A DNA stretch of 64,000 nucleotides from an uncultured Phycisphaerales bacterium (GTDB taxonomy: Bacteria > Planctomycetota > Phycisphaerae > Tepidisphaerales > Tepidisphaeraceae): positions 544,001 to 608,000 of the forward strand of contig CAVWVQ010000003.1 in NCBI GenBank assembly GCA_963758525.1. The letters are read 5' to 3'. Each line of letters begins with the position of its first letter. Position 1 is the first letter of the stretch. This document shows, in pieces, positions 58,232 to 64,000 of the stretch. The notes below the pieces were generated by a model that saw only the letters and a program-made list of their open reading frames with translations, had not been told where the DNA came from and searched no databases. The translations under genes and the position numbers were made by a program.

Positions 58232-61200
58232 TCACACCGGCAGCGGCATCGGATGACCCTGCTCGCTGAACCCGCCTCGCAAGCGCAGGAACCAGAGCCT
58301 CAGGCGGTCGAGATACAGATAAATCACTGGCGTCGTATACAGCGTCAGCACCTGGCTGAAAATCAACCCGCCGACGATCGCCACGCCCAGCGGGCGGCGC
58401 AGCTCGGCGCCGCTGCCGACGCCGATCGCCAACGGCAAAGCGCCGAACAGCGCGGCCATCGTGGTCATCAGAATGGGGCGGAAACGCAGAAGACACGCCT
58501 GGAAGATCGCTTCGTCGGGGGGAATCCCTTTATTCCTTTCGGCTTCCAGCGCAAAGTCGATCATCATGATGGCGTTCTTCTTCACGATGCCGATGAGAAG
58601 AATAATCCCGATCAGGCCGATGACGTTCAGTTCCATGCCGCAGAGCAGCAGCGCCAGCAGGGCGCCGACGCCCGCCGAGGGAATGGTGGAGAGAATCGTG
58701 ATGGGGTGAACGTAGCTCTCGTAGAGAATTCCCAGCACGATGTAGACGGCCAGGAGCGCCGCGGCGACGAGATAGATCTCGCCGGAGCGCAGATCCTGCG
58801 AGGCCTGCGCGGTTCCGGAAAAGCTGCCGTGCACGGTGGCGGGGACGCGCAAGGCGCGCTCGCACTGCTCGATTTCGGTGAACGCGGTGCCCAGCGCCAC
58901 GCCGGGCCGGAGATTGAACGAGATGGTGATCGACGGGAATTGCCCGGAGTGATTCACCTGCAGCGGGGTGGTGTCGGTCGCGTAGTGTGAGAACACATTC
59001 AACGGAATCTGCGCGCCATTCTTTCCCTTCACATAGATGTAGCGCAGGCCGTCGGGATTTTGCGTGAATGCGGGGGCGGCCTCCATGATCGTGTGATATT
59101 GGTTGAGCTGCTCGTACATGGTCGAAACCTGCCGCTGGCCAAAGGCGTCGTACAGCGTGTTGTCGATCGCGGACTGAGTGATGCCCAGCCTCGCGGCGGT
59201 GTCGCGATCGACCGCCAGGCGCGCTTCAAGCCCGGCGTTTTGCTGATCGCTGGTGACATCGACAAGGCCCGGGAGCTTGGAGAATGCCCTAACGAGCTTG
59301 GGCGCCCATTCGTTGAGATCGGTCACCGCGTCGGCTTGCAATGTGAACTGATATTGCGTCGCCGTCGGCCGTCCGCCGATGCGCAGGTCCTGCACGGATT
59401 GGAGAAGCAGCAGCCCGCCCGCAACGCGCGACGTTGCCTTGCGGATGCGCCCGAGGATCTGGTCGGCGGTGAGCGTTCGTTTCCCGACGGGATTGAGCGA
59501 GACGAACATTCTTCCGGTATTGGTTCCGCCCCCGCCGCCGGTAAACGCAATGGTGTTTGCCACGTCGGGGTCCTTGCTGACAATCGCGGCGTACTTCCGC
59601 AGGAGGGGCTCCATCGCCTGAAACGACGTATCCTGGTCGGCCATGATCGTTCCGGTCAGGCGGCCCGTGTCCTGCTGCGGGAAAAAGCCCGACGGCACGT
59701 TGACGTAGAGATACCCGGTGAACGCGATCGTGCCGATGGTGACAAAGAGCATCAGCAATGGATGCCGCAGCACGCCCGCCAGCGTCAGCTCGTACCCGCG
59801 CAGAATCGTGTTGAAGACGTATTCGCTTCCGCGATAGAAGCGGCCGTGCGTCTCCTGGTCGTGCGACTTGAGCAATTTGGCGCACATCATGGGGGTCGTG
59901 GTCAATGAGACGACCATCGATACCGCGACCGCGACTGAAAGCGTGACGGCAAACTCGCGGAAAAGCCGACCGACAATTCCGCTCATCAGCAGAATGGGAA
60001 TGAAGACCGCGATCAGCGAGATGCTGATTGAAACGACCGTGAATCCGATCTCCTGCGCACCGAGGAGCGCCGCCGCCATCGGCTTCATCCCCTGCTCGAG
60101 ATGGCGCGTGATATTCTCGATGACGACGATCGCATCATCCACGACGAAACCCGTCGCGATGGTCAGAGCCATCAGCGAAAGGTTGTCGATGCTGTAGCCG
60201 CACAGATACATGACGCCGAAAGTGCCGATCAGTGAGATGGGGACCGCGACGCTGGGAATGAGCGTGGCGCGCACGTTGCGAAGGAAAAGAAAGACGACCA
60301 GGATCACCAGGCTGATTGAAATCAGCAGGGTGAATTCGACATCATGCACCGACGATTCCACCGGAGCCGCGCGATCCATGACCACCTGCAGCTTCATCGC
60401 CGGCGGAATCGCGGCGCTGAGGCGCGGCAGGACGGCGCGGACGCGCTTGACGGCGTCGATGATGTTGGCGCCGGGTTGACGGAAAATGATGATGACGATC
60501 GATGGGTCGGTGTTGAACAGCCCGAGCGTATGAACGTCTTCGACGGAATCATCCACGCTCGCGACGTCGGAGAGCCGCACCGCCGCGCCGTTCTTATACT
60601 GGACGATCAGCGGACGATATTCTTTGGCGCGCAGCAGTTGATCCGTGGCGGCGATTTGCCAGGTGCGGGTCCCGTCGCTGAATTCTCCCTTGGGGGCGTT
60701 GGCGTTGGCGTTTCCGAGCGTGGTGCGCAAGTCCTCCAGGTTGAGCCCCAGCGCGTTGAGCCGGGTGGGATTCGCCTCGACGCGCACCGCCGGAAGCGCG
60801 CCGCCGCCGACGGTCACCTGCCCGACGCCCTGGATCTGTGAAAGCTTCTGCTCGAGGATCGACGCGGCAATGTCATACATTTTCCCGCGGTCATAGACCG
60901 TGGAGGTCATGGACAGCAGCATGATCGGCGCGTCGGCGGGATTGATCTTGCGATACGTGGGCTTCCCCGGCAGGTTCGAGGGGAGGTTCCCGGCGGCGGC
61001 ATTGATCGCCGCCTGCACGTCCCGGCCGGCGGCGTCGATGCTCCGGCTCAGATCGAACTGCATGGTGATGCTGGTGTTCCCCAGCGAGCTGGTGGACGTC
61101 ATTTCCATGATCCCGGCGATGCGTCCGAACTGCCGTTCCAGCGGCGTGGCGACGGCGGACGCCATCGTGTCGGGACTGGCGCCGGGGAGATTGGCCGAAA

Positions 61201-61339
61201 CCTGGATCGTGGGAAATTCGACTTGAGGAAGCGGAGAAACCGGCAGGCTGAAATACGCGATCGCGCCGGCGAGACCGACGGCGATGGTCAGCAGCGTCGT
61301 CGCCACGGGGCGGTGAATGAACGGGGTGGAAATGTTCAT
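58232..61339 (-). CDS. mdtC: RND efflux permease MdtC-like
   Basis: [46 protein letters not shown]; 1035 aa. Confidence 0.92.
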   Translation of the reverse strand: MNISTPFIHRPVATTLLTIAVGLAGAIAYFSLPVSPLPQVEFPTIQVSANLPGASPDTMASAVATPLERQFGRIAGIMEMTSTSSLGNTSITMQFDLSRSIDAAGRDVQAAINAAAGNLPSNLPGKPTYRKINPADAPIMLLSMTSTVYDRGKMYDIAASILEQKLSQIQGVGQVTVGGGALPAVRVEANPTRLNALGLNLEDLRTTLGNANANAPKGEFSDGTRTWQIAATDQLLRAKEYRPLIVQYKNGAAVRLSDVASVDDSVEDVHTLGLFNTDPSIVIIIFRQPGANIIDAVKRVRAVLPRLSAAIPPAMKLQVVMDRAAPVESSVHDVEFTLLISISLVILVVFLFLRNVRATLIPSVAVPISLIGTFGVMYLCGYSIDNLSLMALTIATGFVVDDAIVVIENITRHLEQGMKPMAAALLGAQEIGFTVVSISISLIAVFIPILLMSGIVGRLFREFAVTLSVAVAVSMVVSLTTTPMMCAKLLKSHDQETHGRFYRGSEYVFNTILRGYELTLAGVLRHPLLMLFVTIGTIAFTGYLYVNVPSGFFPQQDTGRLTGTIMADQDTSFQAMEPLLRKYAAIVSKDPDVANTIAFTGGGGGTNTGRMFVSLNPVGKRTLTADQILGRIRKATSRVAGGLLLLQSVQDLRIGGRPTATQYQFTLQADAVTDLNEWAPKLVRAFSKLPGLVDVTSDQQNAGLEARLAVDRDTAARLGITQSAIDNTLYDAFGQRQVSTMYEQLNQYHTIMEAAPAFTQNPDGLRYIYVKGKNGAQIPLNVFSHYATDTTPLQVNHSGQFPSITISFNLRPGVALGTAFTEIEQCERALRVPATVHGSFSGTAQASQDLRSGEIYLVAAALLAVYIVLGILYESYVHPITILSTIPSAGVGALLALLLCGMELNVIGLIGIILLIGIVKKNAIMMIDFALEAERNKGIPPDEAIFQACLLRFRPILMTTMAALFGALPLAIGVGSGAELRRPLGVAIVGGLIFSQVLTLYTTPVIYLYLDRLRLWFLRLRGGFSEQGHPMPLPV

Positions 61340-64000
61340 GCCAATCCGGCGACACCCTGGTCAGGCAGATGTTCCTCCGCCTCGGCGGGCTTGCGGAAGT
61401 GCCGGGCGATGCTGTCAAAGGCGAGATAAATCACCGGCGTGGTGTAGAGCGTGAGCACCTGGCTGAAGATCAATCCGCCGACGATGGCAATTCCCAGCGG
61501 CCGGCGTAGCTCCGAGCCGGTTCCCGTTCCCAGCGCCAGCGGCACACCGCCCAGCAGCGCCGCCATCGTCGTCATCATGATCGGGCGGAAGCGCAGCATC
61601 GAGGCTTCAAAGATCGCGTCCAACGGCTTCTTCCCTTCCTTGCGCTCGGCTTCGAGCGCAAAGTCGATCATCATGATCGCATTCTTCTTGACGATGCCGA
61701 TCAGCAGGATGATGCCGATCAAAGCGATCACGCTGAAGTCCTCCCCGCAGATCAGCAGCGCCAGCAACGCGCCGACGCCGGCCGAGGGGAGTGTCGAAAG
61801 AATCGTGATCGGATGGATGTAACTTTCGTAGAGCACGCCGAGCACGACATACACCGTCACCAACGCCGCCAGCACCAGCAACGGCTCATTCTGCAATGAC
61901 GCCTGGAACGCCTGCGCGGTCCCCTGGAATGCCGCCTCGATGCTGGGAGGCATGTTCAGCTCCGTCTCGGCGGCTTTGATCGCCTTGACGGCGTCTCCCA
62001 GCGAGGCGCCGGGCGCGAGGTTGAAGCTGATGGTCACCACGGGAAACTGTCCCTGGTGGTTGACGGTCAACGGCACGCTGCTCTGCTCGAAATGTGCGAT
62101 GGCGCTCAACGGCACCGCCGCCCCGCCGCCGGGGTTCACGAAAATATGCCGAAGATCCTGCGGCTTTTGTTGAAACTCGTCCGGCACTCCCAGCACGACC
62201 TTGTATTGATTCAACTGCGTGTACATCGTCGATATCTGCCGTTGCCCGTAGGCGTCGTACAGCGCATCGTCGATCATCTGAATGCTGATGTTCAGGCGCG
62301 ACGCGGTATCGCGATCGATCACCAGCTTCGTCTCCAGCGCCAGGTTCTGCTGATCGCTGGCGACGTCGCGCAGCTGCGGTATTGCCGCAAGCTTGGTGAG
62401 CAACTTGGGCGTCCACGTCGCCAGTTCGTTGGCGTCGGGGTCTTCCAGCGTGTATTGAAATTGCGTGCGGCTCACGCGGTCTTCGACCGTCAGATCCTGC
62501 ACCGGCTGCATGAACAGCGTGATGCCCGCGACCGTCGCAAGCTTTGGCTGCAGCCGGCGGATGATGTCGCTGGCGCTGGTTCTCCGATCCTCCAGCGGCT
62601 TGAGATTGATTTGAATGCGGCCGTTGTTGATCGTGGTGTTGGTGCCGTCAACTCCAATGAACGACGAAAGGCTCTCCACCGCGGGGTCCTGCAGAATGAT
62701 GGCCGCCATCTGCTGTTGCCGTTTGGACATCGCGTCAAACGACACATCCTGCGGCGCTTCAGAAACGCCCAGAATGACCCCTGTATCCTGCACCGGAAAA
62801 AAGCCCTTGGGTATGTAGATGTACAGCAGAATCGTGAGCACCAGCGTCGCGGCCGCCACCAGGAGCGTCATCGTCTGGTGACCGAGCACCCACTTGAGGG
62901 TTCGCCCGTAAAACGCGATGGTCGACTCGAAGACGTGTTCCGATGCCTTGTAGAATCGGCCCTGTTTCGCCTCGGGCTGATGTTTCAGCAGGCGGGCGGC
63001 CATCATCGGGGTGAGCGTCAGCGAAACAATGGCGGAAACCACGATGGTGACGCTCAGCGTCACGGCAAACTCTCGAAAGAGCCGGCCGACAATATCGGGC
63101 ATGAAGAGCAGCGGGATCAGCACCGCGATAAGGGAGATGCTCAACGAAAGGATCGTGAAGCCGATCTGCTCGGAGCCTTTCAGCGCCGCCTGGAGCGGTG
63201 GCTCGCCGTCCTCGATCAGGCGGTGAATGTTCTCCACCATGACAATCGCGTCATCGACCACAAATCCGGTGGAGATGGTCAGCGCCATCAGCGTCAGGTT
63301 GTTGAGGCTGTATCCCAGCAGATACATCACTGCAAACGTGCCGACGATGGAGAGCGGCACCGCGACGCTGGGGATAATGGTGGCGGCGACGTTCCGCAAA
63401 AACAGGAACATGACCATCACGACCAATGCCACGGTCAGTCCCAGCTCAAACTCCACGTCCTTCACCGACGCGCGGATGGTCGCGGTCCGGTCGGTGAGGA
63501 TTTGAATCTCGATCGACGCGGGAATGCCCGCTGCAGTTGCGGCAGAAGCTTCTTCACGCGATCGACCACGTCGATGATATTGGCGCCGGGCTGGCGCTGG
63601 ATGTTGACGATGACCGCCGGCGTGCTGCCCATCCACGCCGCCTGTTTCACGTTCTCCGCGCCGTCGGTAACGCTGGCAACGTCGGAGAGGAGCACCGCCG
63701 AACCATTGTGATACGCCACCACCAGCGGCTTATACTGCGCGCTGGAAAGAAGCTGATCGTTGGCGGCAATCGTGTAGGCCTGCTGGCGGCCGTCGAGGTT
63801 CCCCTTCGCCTGGTTCACATTGGCGGCCGCAACCACGGTGCGGACGTCGTCAAGGTTCAAGCCCATCGACGCCAAGGCCGTTGGATTGGCGGCGATCCGT
63901 ACCGCCGGCTTCTGGCCGCCGCTGATGCTGACAAGGCCCACGCCGCGCTGCTGGGCGATCTTCTGCGCAAGGCGCGTGTCGGCAAGATCCTCCACCTGCG
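61336..64000 (-). CDS. mdtB: RND efflux permease MdtB-like (5' partial; frameshift near 63530)
   Basis: [44 protein letters not shown]. Confidence 0.92.

Noticed and set aside
62056..63711. Long antisense ORFs (also 46056-47366, 11230-12456, 24327-25538)
   Set aside because: Shadows of well-supported genes on the opposite strand in GC-rich DNA

Overview
GC-rich bacterial chromosome segment, most likely Planctomycetota (Phycisphaerae/Tepidisphaerales-like). This is inferred from ATQP-rich linkers, N-terminal LE(P/S)RxL(L/C)S motifs, mcsA-mcsB and an ECF sigma/Ser-Thr kinase pair. Core content: yebC, trpE, queD, mcsAB, an AsmA-like protein, a complete pstSCAB-phoU-phoB-phoR cluster, PduO-type adenosyltransferase, dinB, class I aldolase, lpxI, galU, MarR-EmrA-EmrB, a YgiB-like/YgiC/DUF350 operon and mdtBC. 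About 11 genes carry small indels, mostly single-base and often in homopolymers, which are probably long-read consensus errors. The most unusual content is repetitive. There is a five-copy tandem array of 367-395-bp units, each with a long hairpin (29.7-31.6 kb); an internally deleted GxxExxY gene still framed by its inverted repeats (45.1-45.3 kb); a palindromic element inserted in frame in an M48 peptidase; and many families of 7-9-bp microsatellites and REP-like doublets. A probable accessory island (36.2-43.7 kb) holds a small gene coupled to a dCTP deaminase, an HhH glycosylase-like gene, a DUF2075 nuclease-helicase, and a RelE/HigA-type TA module between two vsr copies. No tRNA, rRNA, CRISPR array, transposase or integrase was recognised.
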